From the NCBI GenBank assembly GCA_000165345.1, contig CM000429.1, positions 544,001-608,000 of the forward strand: a stretch of DNA of 64,000 bases, in the 5' to 3' direction. A program made the translations under genes and the position numbers. This document shows positions 1-11,600 of the stretch, piece by piece. The stretch's first letter is position 1, and each line of letters opens with the position of its first letter. The notes under the pieces are model-generated. The model saw nothing but the letters and a program-made list of their open reading frames with translations. It was not told the DNA's origin and did no database searches.

Positions 1-191
1 AATAGAAGCAAAGGCGCAATATTTCATCAATATTTGTTTTGTCGCGATTTAGCTGTGCGTTCTGTTTCTTTGCCGTTGCTTTTAGAGATAAGTGCGATCT
101 CAATCCCAGCTCTTTCTCGTAATTCTGCTTGTTGAGGCTCCGAGCCAATCAAATATAGCCAGTTGTGTTGGTTTGCGATGCGAAGTCGAAT

Positions 192-1142
192 TTATTTAAA
201 TGGAATCAAGCTTCCAAACAATATATGCTGTGCAACGGGGAATTTATTTAGTATTTCTGCCACATACATTTTGATCATGCCAGAGTAAATTTTTTCCCAA
301 GTGGGAACGGAAGTTAAACTATATAAAATAGGAGAGCATTCTGCAAAATATACGTTCGTCTTCATATTGAGAATATGTTGTATAGAATTAATATATAACG
401 ATTTTGCAGAGTAAATTTCCAATATAGAGCGATCAAGTATCTGATTTGTAAGCACAGGAAATAGTTCGTTTGAGTTAATTAACTGAGCAGATCCGAATAA
501 AAATGGGAGAAATTGGTAATCATCTAGTCCCCAAACACCCCTTGATCCAGCAGGCTCCAGTAGATATATTGACTGAAGTCTTCTCATTAAAAGGATATAT
601 CTATAGAATACGACCAATATAAGATCAGGAAGATCATTCTTTTGGAAAGCCCCAAGCCTATGAATACACATAAGAAAAAGGATAAAATTAAGCTCATGTC
701 CTGTCCCATAATCAACTCTGGATCTATTTCCGAATGATTCTACAAAATAACTCTTAACCTCTTGCAAATATTCGTCAGAATTTTCCTTTAGAATATCAGA
801 AATATAAGATGTACATGTTTGGTTCGTTTTGTCATACCAAGTTTGAAAAGCCTTATTTCCAAATCTCATCGGCTGTTTTATTGGAGGTATTTCATCAATA
901 TTAGAATCTAATTTGGATAATAATTTAAGAATGTTTATAATTGAGTTAAATCCGATATCAGATCGTTCTTTTCCGCTTTCTTCATATTCGTGTTGCTGTA
1001 CTAATATTTTTCCTTTAATGCTCTCACTCAACAATTTAATAAAATCTATAATATCTGAATGAGTTTTCCCGCAAATAAAGTAATTTAACTGCGTTAAATC
1101 AGTTATTTTAGCTATGCATTCGACTCTTTCAGCCAGACTCAT
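192..1142 (-). CDS. PTPA, phosphotyrosyl phosphatase activator (PP2A activator)
   Basis: 316-aa ORF with an ATG start. It carries the PTPA family hallmarks RVDYGTGHELNFI and GSRGVWGLDDYQFLPFLFGSAQL. Confidence 0.85.
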   Translation of the reverse strand: MSLAERVECIAKITDLTQLNYFICGKTHSDIIDFIKLLSESIKGKILVQQHEYEESGKERSDIGFNSIINILKLLSKLDSNIDEIPPIKQPMRFGNKAFQTWYDKTNQTCTSYISDILKENSDEYLQEVKSYFVESFGNRSRVDYGTGHELNFILFLMCIHRLGAFQKNDLPDLILVVFYRYILLMRRLQSIYLLEPAGSRGVWGLDDYQFLPFLFGSAQLINSNELFPVLTNQILDRSILEIYSAKSLYINSIQHILNMKTNVYFAECSPILYSLTSVPTWEKIYSGMIKMYVAEILNKFPVAQHILFGSLIPFK

Positions 1143-1388
1143 AGGTAATTAGCTTTTTACAAAAACAATTTGATCTGTAGTAAAATAATTTAAATGATTA
1201 TTGTTGATCATTTTGGCGGTCCATGATCAATAAATTTGTTTGGGGTGTTTAATGGAAATTTGACATTGACAAATTTATGCGAAGAAAAAAAACTTATAGC
1301 AGAGGATATAGGGCTATTTTAAGGCATTAGATACAATTAATTCAGAAAAATATAAAGCTCGTATTGCTGTGCTTCAGTTTATTAAAAC

Positions 1389-2797
1389 ATGTCGGATATG
1401 ATCTTAAGCTCAGGAATAGGAAGCCAATCTTCTAGCATCATTCTGGATATCGGTACTCAATCTATTAGAGCAGGATATGGAGGTGACGATTTGCCAAGGA
1501 GTGTAGTTCCTACATGTATTGGAATTCCCAATAAGGAGGTTGATTTAATTGATTCGAATAGACTTTGCAATACCATTTTTCCTCTCAAACCATGGGAGAA
1601 GCGAGACTACATTGAAGTTTTACATCCATTACAATATAATATTCAAGAAAAAGCAATTGAATTTAATGAGGAATACTTAACAAAAATTATTCAAGAATTG
1701 TCTTTATCACAAAAATTTACAAATAGCACCTCTTCATTTTTAACTAAGCACAATTACATTTTTGAACCACTGGATGACAGGATGAATGGCCAAACACTTT
1801 TGATCCCTATTCATTCAACATCAAACCCCAATAATTCTATTAAACTTGCAGAAATTGCATTTGAAAAACTTGAAGTTGCATCGCTATTTACATCAAGAAG
1901 GCCAGTACTTTCTTGTTTTGCTTGTGGTAGGACTTCAGGGATTGTAGTTGACATCGGTGCGTCAGTATCAAATGTTTCTTGCGTTCAAGATGGGCACTGT
2001 ATTCAAGGGAGTATTCAGGAGTATCCTGTTGCAGGAGACTTTTTGGATAATGAAATTTATAAAAAAATACACAAGGTAAACATTATTCCTGAATTTGGAA
2101 TATTCAAAAATGAAGATAAAAATGGGGCAAGTGAATATCATGTACCCTTAACAAATGTTGATGAATCTTACTTAACTTGGGGGATAATGCATGTAATTAG
2201 GGAAATTAAACATTCTAGCCTTTTTTTCCCGAATCCTAATTCAAATAATGAGAATGAGTTTCATCTCCCAGATGGTAATGTAATTGACACTACATCTATT
2301 CGTAACAGCATTCCAAATTTACTTTTTAAATCTGGAAATTCCAATCAAGGCTACCCAGGCATTGTACAAATGGTTATAAATTCAATAACTGAAACTTCAA
2401 ATATCAATAAAGAAATTTCAAGCATTACTTCATCTATTATTCTTGCAGGAGGAACAACATTAATTAATGGATTTGATGCCAAGTTGCACCAAGGAATTAT
2501 CGATCAGAGACCTTCAGTAATATTTAATAACTCTGTAAGTTTTCTGAAATCAAATTACAAAATTTATTCAGCATTTTAGACTGGTCCAGCTCCTAGAATT
2601 GTTGCATCTCCGCGCGCATCAGAAAGATTGGCATCTGCATGGATTGGAGCTTCAATTCTTTCTTCTTTGGGAACATTTCCCCAATTTACAGTTTCAAAGA
2701 GGGTAAGTGTGTTTTGTATATGAACTTCTTATTTTAATTGTTTTTGCAGGACTACCAAGAGTTTGGCCCAAATATTATTAATAAAAAATGCCCATAG
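1389..2797 (+). CDS. Actin-related protein (Arp / actin-like), 3 exons
   Basis: Exons are about 1389..2534, 2580..2702 and 2750..2797. The ORF track stops at an in-frame TAG that sits inside a 45-nt GTAAGT...TTTTAG intron. Splicing it out, plus a second 47-nt GTAAGT...TTTTTGCAG intron, restores the canonical actin C-terminus: ERLASAWIGASILSSLGTFPQFTVSKR then DYQEFGPNIINKKCP*. Compare actin [42 protein letters not shown]. Confidence 0.75.
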
Positions 2798-3055
2798 TCC
2801 TAAATAATAGTATAAGTCATGCTTTTAATCTACTAGTTATCAATCTACTTACAATTATCACAGCTGCCTATCAAAATTTTACTTGAATTTGTTATAATCT
2901 AATAATTTTATTGCCCATAATGAGGAGGCGCCTACCCATTTTTTTCTCTTTCCCCCACATAAGAGTTTAAATGAAACAATTTTCATATCGAAGATTGGAA
3001 ACTGTCGCCATTCAACTAATAAAATTTAAAGAGGTGATATTAGGCACTGGTTCAA

Positions 3056-3844
3056 ATGTATTCCTTAACTAAAAATAGAGATCCTATACAAATTGAGGGA
3101 TTTTGTGGTCAACTCATTTCTGAGACAGAAAAAAAAAGCTATAATGGCAAAATTGAACATAGCTTTAACCCTTATATGAATAATGGTGGTTCATGCGTAG
3201 CCGTAGCAGGGGATGATTTTGTTGTAATCGCCGCAGATACAAGGCTCAGTAAAATGTATAGAATAGCCTCAAGATCAGTTTCTAAAACTTGTCAGTTAAC
3301 AAATAAGTGTATCTTAGCTTGTAGTGGAATGCTTGCAGATATAAATGCACTTAGAAAGACGTTATTAGTAAGTTTCTAAATATTATTAGATAACATTATA
3401 ATCATTTAATTTCAGGCAAAAGTAAAACTATATGAGTTTGAACATAACAAAACGCCCTCTATTAATGCAATTGCTCAATTACTTTCTTGTATATTGTACT
3501 CGAAAAGATTCTTCCCATACTATTCATTTTGTCTACTTTCAGGGTTAGATGAACAGGGTAAAGGTGTTGTTTATGGCTATGATGCAGTGGGTAGTTTTGA
3601 TCAGCATAAATTTGTGGCACTTGGGTCTGGAGGATCGTTAATAACTTCAATCCTTGATAATCAAATATCGGGAAATAATCAGACCTCATTTGAGTCGATT
3701 GATAAAGTTGGAATCATTAATATTGTTAAAGATTCAATTACGAGTGCCAGTGAGAGAGACGTTCATACAGGTGACTCTGCAGAAGTTATTGTTATTGACT
3801 CTTCCGGAATAAGCGTTTCATCATTAAGATTAAGAGAGGATTAA
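3056..3844 (+). CDS. 20S proteasome non-catalytic beta subunit (beta6 / PSMB1 / Pre7-like), 2 exons
   Basis: Exons are about 3056..3367 and 3416..3844, separated by a 48-nt GTAAGT...TTTCAG intron. The spliced product runs FNPYMNNGGSCVAVAGDDFVVIAADTRLS...ALRKTLL | AKVKLYEFEHNK...RFFPYYSFCLLSGLDEQGKGVVYGYDAVGSF...ERDVHTGD. It aligns along its length to PSMB1, including [20 protein letters not shown]. There is no Thr1 active site. Confidence 0.85.
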
Positions 3845-4147
3845 TTTCAAATAATACGATAGGTTATTACAAACTAATAAGTACATAGGCAAACTTTAGT
3901 TATGACCCTAATAAATAGAATCTAAAGATAGCAATTTTTTTAATAAAATTTTAAATTGAATTTAGCTTTGTGTATCGATTTCCCGCAGAACAATTTGATG
4001 GTAGCTCTAATTACAATTCAAATTGTTTGCTCAAAATTTGAAATTATTTATCGGTGTCTTCTTCCGACTAACCAATAATTTATTAGTGAATAATAATCAA
4101 CTTCCACAATATTTGTTTTTTGATGAGCAAATATTGAATATTTAGCG

Positions 4148-6046
4148 ATGGAATCAATTACTAATGATATTTTTGATGAATTAAGTAATGAAATAACTGT
4201 TAAAAATGATGATTTCGGAGACTTCGATATGGAAATCAGCGAAAGAATTGAGTTTCCATTGCTCGTCATTGTAAAACATTTACAATACCAAAACGGTTTA
4301 AAACATAAGGATTTTGCACAATATACACGGTATTGTTCTCGAAAGCTTCATAGATTAAGATCTGGGCTAAAAATGAAATGTGGAAGGAGTAAATTTCAAA
4401 AAAGTTATACTGAATGCAGTGACTACACAAACCATAAACATTTACTACTGTTAATTCTTTTAATCGAGAGAAATTTGAGTTCAGGAGCTGATCTAGGGTG
4501 TGGAACTACTAAAAATGTCAGTGCAAGACTAAATAAAGTAAACAATAGAGGAAGACTGCATGAAATACGCAAGCTGAGGAGAGGATGCAACTTGTCCAAA
4601 CTCCTTGTAGAAGTTGCCAAGAATAGATGCACTCATAGGAGTATTGTTGAAGTTCAAGCCTACCAAAGTTATATTCTCGGTAATTATTATTTGAAATGTT
4701 CAAATTGGGAGAAAGGCGCAATTGAACTGAACAAGTCTTTGAAGCTCTACCAACAGCTTAAACTAGATGTTTCAATATTTGAAAAATATAATATTTTGCC
4801 CCATTATAATATTTCTAAACTATCTAAATCTGAATGTGTCCAAGCTTATGATGATCAAATCATGGAAATGGCACCACTAATTCGACTTTGTTTATATCAT
4901 TGTAAGCGTCTTGATATTTCGGTTCATGTATGCGATAATACAGTTAATGTGCTAAAAAACAATGACTCGCTCAATAATTCAAATATGAAATTTTTTTACA
5001 ATAATAAAGAATATAATGTTCCAATTTCAAATTTGGAAATATTACTAGTCGAATTACAGGAAAATTATAAAGCAGTTAAGGAGTATATTCCTTCTGGAGA
5101 CACTGAGAAAATTCTAAAGCTTCCAGGCAATATAGTAATTGAATTATTCTCTGAAACTTTAATGTCTTCAACCACTTTGAGAAATAAAATTCACGAGGAA
5201 ATGACAAAAGCCAGCGCAAATAATGAAACTTTAGTAATAAATAGTTGTCAATCAAATGAATGGGTTGCGTTCGAATCTTACACTAAAGAATTTAATTCAT
5301 TTGTTTCTATCGAGAGGGATTTAATATTTGTATTCCAGTTGATGGAATACTTCAATAATCCTGAATTTTACACGAAATTGATTTTTCTTAATGATGAACG
5401 TTGGGCAAATATATCACATGAACTTCAGAATTCAACTGCAAAAAAAATCAATTCTTTAAGATATCCTGAAGAGGGAGTTCGTATATGTGACATAGTTAAT
5501 TACACTGTTTCTGAGATCTCTTCTAGCAACAAAGCCACCCATATTTCGGATTTAATAGATATTTTGGAAATTGTAAATAACAATTGCCGCAGCTTGTTTT
5601 TGTCACACTGCTTTGGACAAAAAGGAAAATTTCAAGAAGCATTTGTACTTTGCGACTTGGTGAAGTCACGTCTTGAAATTAAGGAGACGAATTTTAACAA
5701 AATCTATTTAGATAAAGATGAAATATTTCAAAGAATAATTACTCTAATTAAAGAAATCAATCTTAATGTTAATGATATGGCAAACAAGTCATACAACATT
5801 TACCTTTCAAACGCCGCAACTTATGAAACTATACAAATCAAAGCGATGGATTTTAAAAATTCTAATGGAACCCTTAATGATGAAGCAATAAGTCCAAGAG
5901 TTCTTCCGATTCCAGTAAAGCCAATCATGTTTGATATAGCTTCTGATTTTGTTTTATCCCCAGATTTATCAAATAAAATTAAAAAAAATGGGTTAGTGAA
6001 CAAAATTTTCTCGAAAGCTACTTCAAAATTTAGATTATTCAAATAA
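4148..6046 (+). CDS. Signal recognition particle 68 kDa subunit (SRP68)
   Basis: 632-aa ORF. The N-terminal GLKHKDFAQYTRYCSRKLHRLR matches SRP68 GLRHGDYQRYRGYCSRRQRRLR. The C-terminal PIPVKPIMFDIA matches PIPCKPLFFDLA. Confidence 0.8.
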   Translation: MESITNDIFDELSNEITVKNDDFGDFDMEISERIEFPLLVIVKHLQYQNGLKHKDFAQYTRYCSRKLHRLRSGLKMKCGRSKFQKSYTECSDYTNHKHLLLLILLIERNLSSGADLGCGTTKNVSARLNKVNNRGRLHEIRKLRRGCNLSKLLVEVAKNRCTHRSIVEVQAYQSYILGNYYLKCSNWEKGAIELNKSLKLYQQLKLDVSIFEKYNILPHYNISKLSKSECVQAYDDQIMEMAPLIRLCLYHCKRLDISVHVCDNTVNVLKNNDSLNNSNMKFFYNNKEYNVPISNLEILLVELQENYKAVKEYIPSGDTEKILKLPGNIVIELFSETLMSSTTLRNKIHEEMTKASANNETLVINSCQSNEWVAFESYTKEFNSFVSIERDLIFVFQLMEYFNNPEFYTKLIFLNDERWANISHELQNSTAKKINSLRYPEEGVRICDIVNYTVSEISSSNKATHISDLIDILEIVNNNCRSLFLSHCFGQKGKFQEAFVLCDLVKSRLEIKETNFNKIYLDKDEIFQRIITLIKEINLNVNDMANKSYNIYLSNAATYETIQIKAMDFKNSNGTLNDEAISPRVLPIPVKPIMFDIASDFVLSPDLSNKIKKNGLVNKIFSKATSKFRLFK

Positions 6047-6091
6047 CTTCAGCACTATCACATCCACCCTACTACTTTATTTTATTGTGAG

Positions 6092-6970
6092 CTATTTATT
6101 GCACGCAGGAAATAGTACATATCCAATATCTTGTTGCACATACGATATTGATCCAAGAAAATACCTCATATTAAAATCTAATTGAACATCCACTACAAAA
6201 CTTCTCACTACCCCGTTTATGCAATTTGAGCCTAATGTCTCGTTCAAAACTTTTTTCGCACCTTCAAAGTCCACATCACCTTTAATTAGCATTAAAAATT
6301 CGTTTTTTCCAGGAGGTAGCCAGGCACCTAATTTCGCTTCTGCTTCGCCATAACGTCCTAATATATGTTCTAATTGACGGAGATCTTTGTTTTCTGTGAC
6401 TAGCGTCACCTTCTTTGCGATTAGTATTTTATCATTATCTGTGGGTAATTTCTTATTTAATGGGAATATGAAGCCATTTGATAGATCTTTATCCAATATA
6501 GAATGCGAAAAAATATTATTGTTGCTTTTGTTAGGAGTACAAACGAATTTTGTTGAAACAGGAACAAAATTTATATTTCTAATTGAGAGCCTACCGCTCA
6601 GCAAACTTTTATTATATACTGGCATCTTTAGAGTCGCAATAAATGTTCCGTCTGCTGAAACGGTTAATGAGTCTGTTTTGATGGGTAATCCGTAGATATT
6701 CCCTATAAAAATAGGAGGGGGTGCCATCTGTCCAATAGTTATTCCTCCTGAAAATAGAATCAGCAAAAAAACCAACAGTATTAATAACAAAAGTAATATA
6801 TTGTATAGACCTATAGTGATCTTTGAATTTTTTTTCTTTTCTTTAAAAGAAATATCCAGAGACAGAATAGACCATGGCTCTTTGATTGCTGCACAAGCCA
6901 CGTATGGAACAGCTTCATTAATGTCGATTTCATGGCTAAATATACATTTGTAAATCTTTTTAAAAAGCAT
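6092..6970 (-). CDS. Hypothetical type-II membrane protein (single TM helix near N-terminus)
   Basis: 292-aa ORF with an ATG start. A hydrophobic stretch ILLLLLILLVFLLILF is followed by a luminal domain of about 200 aa. I recognised no confident homolog. Confidence 0.4.
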   Translation of the reverse strand: MLFKKIYKCIFSHEIDINEAVPYVACAAIKEPWSILSLDISFKEKKKNSKITIGLYNILLLLLILLVFLLILFSGGITIGQMAPPPIFIGNIYGLPIKTDSLTVSADGTFIATLKMPVYNKSLLSGRLSIRNINFVPVSTKFVCTPNKSNNNIFSHSILDKDLSNGFIFPLNKKLPTDNDKILIAKKVTLVTENKDLRQLEHILGRYGEAEAKLGAWLPPGKNEFLMLIKGDVDFEGAKKVLNETLGSNCINGVVRSFVVDVQLDFNMRYFLGSISYVQQDIGYVLFPACNK

Positions 6971-7075
6971 AAATATTAATTAAATAAGCCCGCTATAAAT
7001 AAACCATAAATCCAGTGTATTTCGAATTTATTCTCGATTCATTTGGATTTAGCAATATTAATTATAATTATTTTT

Positions 7076-8049
7076 CTATAATTCTCTAACTTTAGTTGGA
7101 AACCCGAATCTCTGTCTTAATGCCCTTATTCGTTCCGGCTTAGAATTGATCTTCGATGACTGAAACTGTAAAAATTAAATCAAGCCACTATAGATCAACT
7201 TACTTCTTGGCGAATTAACTTTACTGTCTCGCCCAGGTATCTTTTCACAAGTCCAATTGCCCAATCTTGCACTTCGCTAGTTGTTTGTCTATCATCATCC
7301 TGCCTATGGACGTTTTCTCCCTGGAGCAGTAATCGGTCGGTATTGTCAATTATTCCTAGAATAATTCCGTTATAAATATTAGTTAAATGTATAATCTTTT
7401 TGCCTATATATCTTACCGTAATCTTCGTCTCTATATACGAAGTATTCTTTAACGCAATTATCACCTTTTAATTTCATTTTTCTTTTTGGTTGAGAAGTAA
7501 TTATATTGTTTTTTATTAATTTGTTATTATTTTCGCTTCTCAATCTTCTCCCATAAATTATTGGAGGTAGTATCAATTTTCGTTTTTTTATTCCGATATT
7601 CTTGCTTAAAAATGTAATACTTGAAGAAGTTTTAATAGTTGGAGAGTTTTGAGTTTTGTTCGCAAGATTACTAATTTTATCGCATCCTCTAAATTAAAAT
7701 ATAAAATAATAAATGCAAAGCTTTATACTTACATAATTGTAGGAGTAGGCGTTGAATTGCGCACAATTTCTTCTTCGAATAAATTCTTCGACAAAGTTTC
7801 ATCAAAAATACAAACTTCTTGCTTATTCTCAATATTTCTGTCAACTGTAACTTTCTGAAGTTCCGAATGATTAAATAGCTCTGAGTTACTCAGCTGTCCA
7901 AACTCATTATTTTGCGTGGGAATCAATAGAATTCCTGAATTATTGCATTCATATTGGGATGCATAAAATTTGTCTATCTCCTTTTTTTCGCATGTATATA
8001 TTCCTAAATCTTCTGTCCTCTTTCTTTTTCCATATTTACTCAAGTTCAT
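7076..8049 (-). CDS. Hypothetical 4-exon gene (about 275 aa) joining two ORF-track entries
   Basis: Exons on the minus strand are about 8049..7733, 7688..7417, 7355..7204 and 7159..7076. The introns are 44 nt (GTAAGT), 61 nt (GTAAGA) and 38-44 nt (GTAAGT). ORF 7729..8049 ends exactly at AT|GTAAGT. The frame of ORF 7379..7576 (TTG start) is open back to the first acceptor. The donor GATTACG|GTAAGA links it to the frame of ORF 7195..7464 (GTG start). A final GAA|GTAAGT donor adds a 28-aa basic tail, SSKINSKPERIRALRQRFGFPTKVREL*. Function is unknown. Confidence 0.45.
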
Positions 8050-8647
8050 TTTTATTGAATCAACTAAGTTATCAACTATCTTTATGTTCTAAATTCAATT
8101 GTTAATCAATACAGTCTTAATTATCCGCTTACGTACCTTTCTCCAGTCAAACCCTGTTTCTTTAATTATTTTCTTTATTTCTTCGCTGTAAAGATCACAC
8201 ATTTATTATTGAATTAATATCTATTGCAATATATAGCCTTAACACACTATTTTTTTAAATCCACCTATTAATTAAAAAAACTAATTATGCAATGCATGTT
8301 TATCCACTTGATAATATACCGGTAAACTATCACATGCATACATGCAGGAAAATAAATATTTCAATACGTGTATAATCATTTAACAGCTATCTTTGAAGCC
8401 ATAATGTGATAATTGTTCAAATTCATTCAGTTTTAAGTAATTTTCAAAGAATAATTATATATTTCACAGATTTAAAAGTTGCTTTTTTTTGTCAATTGTG
8501 AACGTGTGTAAAATGTACAGTTTGCTAATAAATAAAGAGGCGTCATGTCTATTCTTGATTTTTTTTTTTTTTTTAATTTATTTAGAATTAAATAAGACAA
8601 GCTATATTTAGTTATACAATAATATTGATGAGATCCAATATAATGAA

Positions 8648-11600
8648 ATGGAAGGTGGGGTAATAAACTTGAAAAAAGAAAGAAGCTCAGTTAGAACATT
8701 CATCAGATTCTGTCCATCTAAAAAAACAATTATCGAAGATTCAAAAGAATGTCAATGGGTATTCAGCACAGGAGATCATGGAAAGTCGATTAGAGCAAGT
8801 AGAAAATCATCTATTTCCAAAACTAGAAGTTGTACTGTCACTGATGAGATATTTAAAGAAGATGCTTGCAATAGCGAAATTTATAGAAAAACTATGTTAC
8901 AGCAGCATGCTGTTGATGTATTAGATGGAATCTCTACGAATATAATAGTTTGCGGCCCTCACAAAACGGGAAAAACCAATTTATTAATTGGTTCTCAAAG
9001 AAGTATTGGGATAGTGCTTCAATCAATATATGATATTTTTGCTGCAATACGATGTTACACAAATGGTATTCATATTAATGAAAAAGGGGTAAATACTGAA
9101 ACAACTGGCAACTTTGATCGACTTTTTGTTGTCAAAGCATCTGTATTAGAAATAGGAGAAGACTCTTCAAACTTTAAATTAGATAATGTTCGTGATTTAA
9201 TAAATCCAGAAAACCCACTACAATTGATTAAAAAATTGGGAGGAGAATTAGGTTATTCTATAAAAGGTGAACATGAACATCTATTTGAGAATGAGGAAAA
9301 ACTAGTGGCATCAATTTTATCTGCTGTAGCAAGAAAAAAAGTTTTAGATGCGATTCGTAGAGAAAGAGTTAATACCAGAAAGAAAAAAAAAACTCCTGAG
9401 CAAATACAAAATACAATATTTGGTGAATTTGGAGAAAGATGGGTTAAAGATGATATGATTGGTAGTTTGTTGATAACTATTTCAGTTGAGTCAGTTGATA
9501 AGTCAGAATTGGAAAATAATATAAGTAAGAATGAAAAAATAGCAAACTCAACCCATGTAAACTATGGTACCTTGCGATTTTTTGAAATTTCATCTTGTAT
9601 TAGCGCAAGCCCAAATTTAAAAGCAGTAATTCCGCTTTTCGGTTTGCTCGATTTAGCATTCGAGATAAGGAAATATTGTTATACAAATGAAAAAAGTAAT
9701 AGAATCAATATTACGAATATTAGTAGTTATATTGCTTCAACCATAATTGATTCAAATTTAACTATAATTGGCACGTTATCTAGGTTTCCTTCAGAGAAAA
9801 AGTGTTGCATTCGCCCTTTAATAGCACCTTACGATAATCAAACAACTGTTCAACCCCATTCAATTTTTGATACATTGCAATTTTTGGAATATATCGGTAA
9901 TAGCATGAAATTTCCCATATATCCTCAAAGAAATTGTTTTAAAAAGCCTTTTGTTCAATCAAAACTAATGGAAGTTTGCAGGAAAAATTTAATGAATGGC
10001 TCCAAGAAAATTCATAGTAAAATGATAATTAAATCAGAAAGAGGAATCTGGCAAAGTGAAAGTAGTGGAAGAGTAACTAGAATTATCCGGCTGCTTACAT
10101 TCATTAATCGTTCAATTGAAGGTTCAGGAATATTGAGAATTTTGATGAGTGGGAATGAAGATGATATTATTCGAATTTACTGCGAAAATATTATTGGATC
10201 TGGTGTAATTGACCTAGATGGATACCAAATTAATAATTCCACTGGAAAATGGTTTCAAATTGATAACTATAAATTACCTGAAAAAGAAAAAGAACAGAGG
10301 AAGAAGTTAGAGTACATGAATCAAATAGAACAGAAATACGGATTGAAAGACAAAAATATTAAAAAGGAAACTTTGCTCATTGATAAAAAGGTCAAATTCG
10401 ACTGTGAAAAAAAAAATGAAAAAGAAATTGAAGATCATATTAAAAAGATGAAAAATCTTGACTTTACAATTGAAAGACCTAAATTTGAAGATAATAACTT
10501 TAAAGAGATTTCAGAAAACAAAGCTCCTAATAAATTTGGAAATAACATTAAATTTGACGAAGTTTTGCTTTCATCAAGTACAAACGAAAGAATTGAAAGT
10601 AGTGAGTCTGATGTAGATATTACTAATATATTCGATTCTACAGCACTTGAGCGTAATAAAGATAAGTTAGATAATGAAGATTTTAATGTAAATCTGTGCG
10701 AACAATTTGATAAGTCAAATAAATCAAAGAAAAAAATATTTATTAGCGAAAACGTAGGCAACAGTAACAATTATTTGAATGTTGACGAATACGTTGGCGA
10801 ATCAAATAATTTTAATGATCAAATAAGTGAAGGAATAGGTCCTGATTCAAACCTATTTGATCCTGTAAAACAATATGAAAAGTTACTAAAAAAAACTATT
10901 TCGCTTAATAAACTACAAAAATCGATTATGGAAAGCCAAAAAAAGGTACTTCAAGATGAATCTTTATATGCAAATAGTAATGCTAATAGCATGAATGATT
11001 ATATTTCTAAGCTAGAAGGGAAGAAACCTTCTAACCGTCTTTCATTAGTTAATAAAAAAGCTATTGAGGCTAGCCAAAAAGCTATTGAAGCTAGTAAAAA
11101 AGCTATTGAAGCTAGTAAACATTTATATGAGAGGGAAGTAAACCACTCGAGAGGAAAAATACATGATCACATACCTGCTTCGAAAAATTTTCCACAAATC
11201 GATATTTATGCACCATCCTATGACTCGGATATTGAATATGACAAATTTCACAACCCAAAAGATATCGTATTTGATTTCAAGTCATCAAACGAAAGCGATG
11301 AAGATCATAAGGAAAGAGTTCTTGAAAGTCATTATAAAAGCAACTTCCCTCATAATAATGAAAGTTGCCCTTGCTGTGACCAACTATCAAAAAGGAGTAA
11401 GTGCCGTTGCCATTATGCGGACGCATCCGTAAATTTCAATGGAATAAGCGAAACATCTGTGAATACTGATAAATCTCTGTTCTTATATTATGAACCAGGA
11501 GCAGGTAAAAATGAACTAATTAAACCAAATGGCAGAAGTTGGGATATTTTTGTTAATGTTCCCAAGAAGTTTGCGAACGTAACAACTCTTGGATTCGAAA

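Noticed and set aside
6387-6695. 102-aa plus-strand ORF inside the 6092..6970 gene
   Set aside because: It is antisense to a longer ORF that has a clear TM-anchor architecture.
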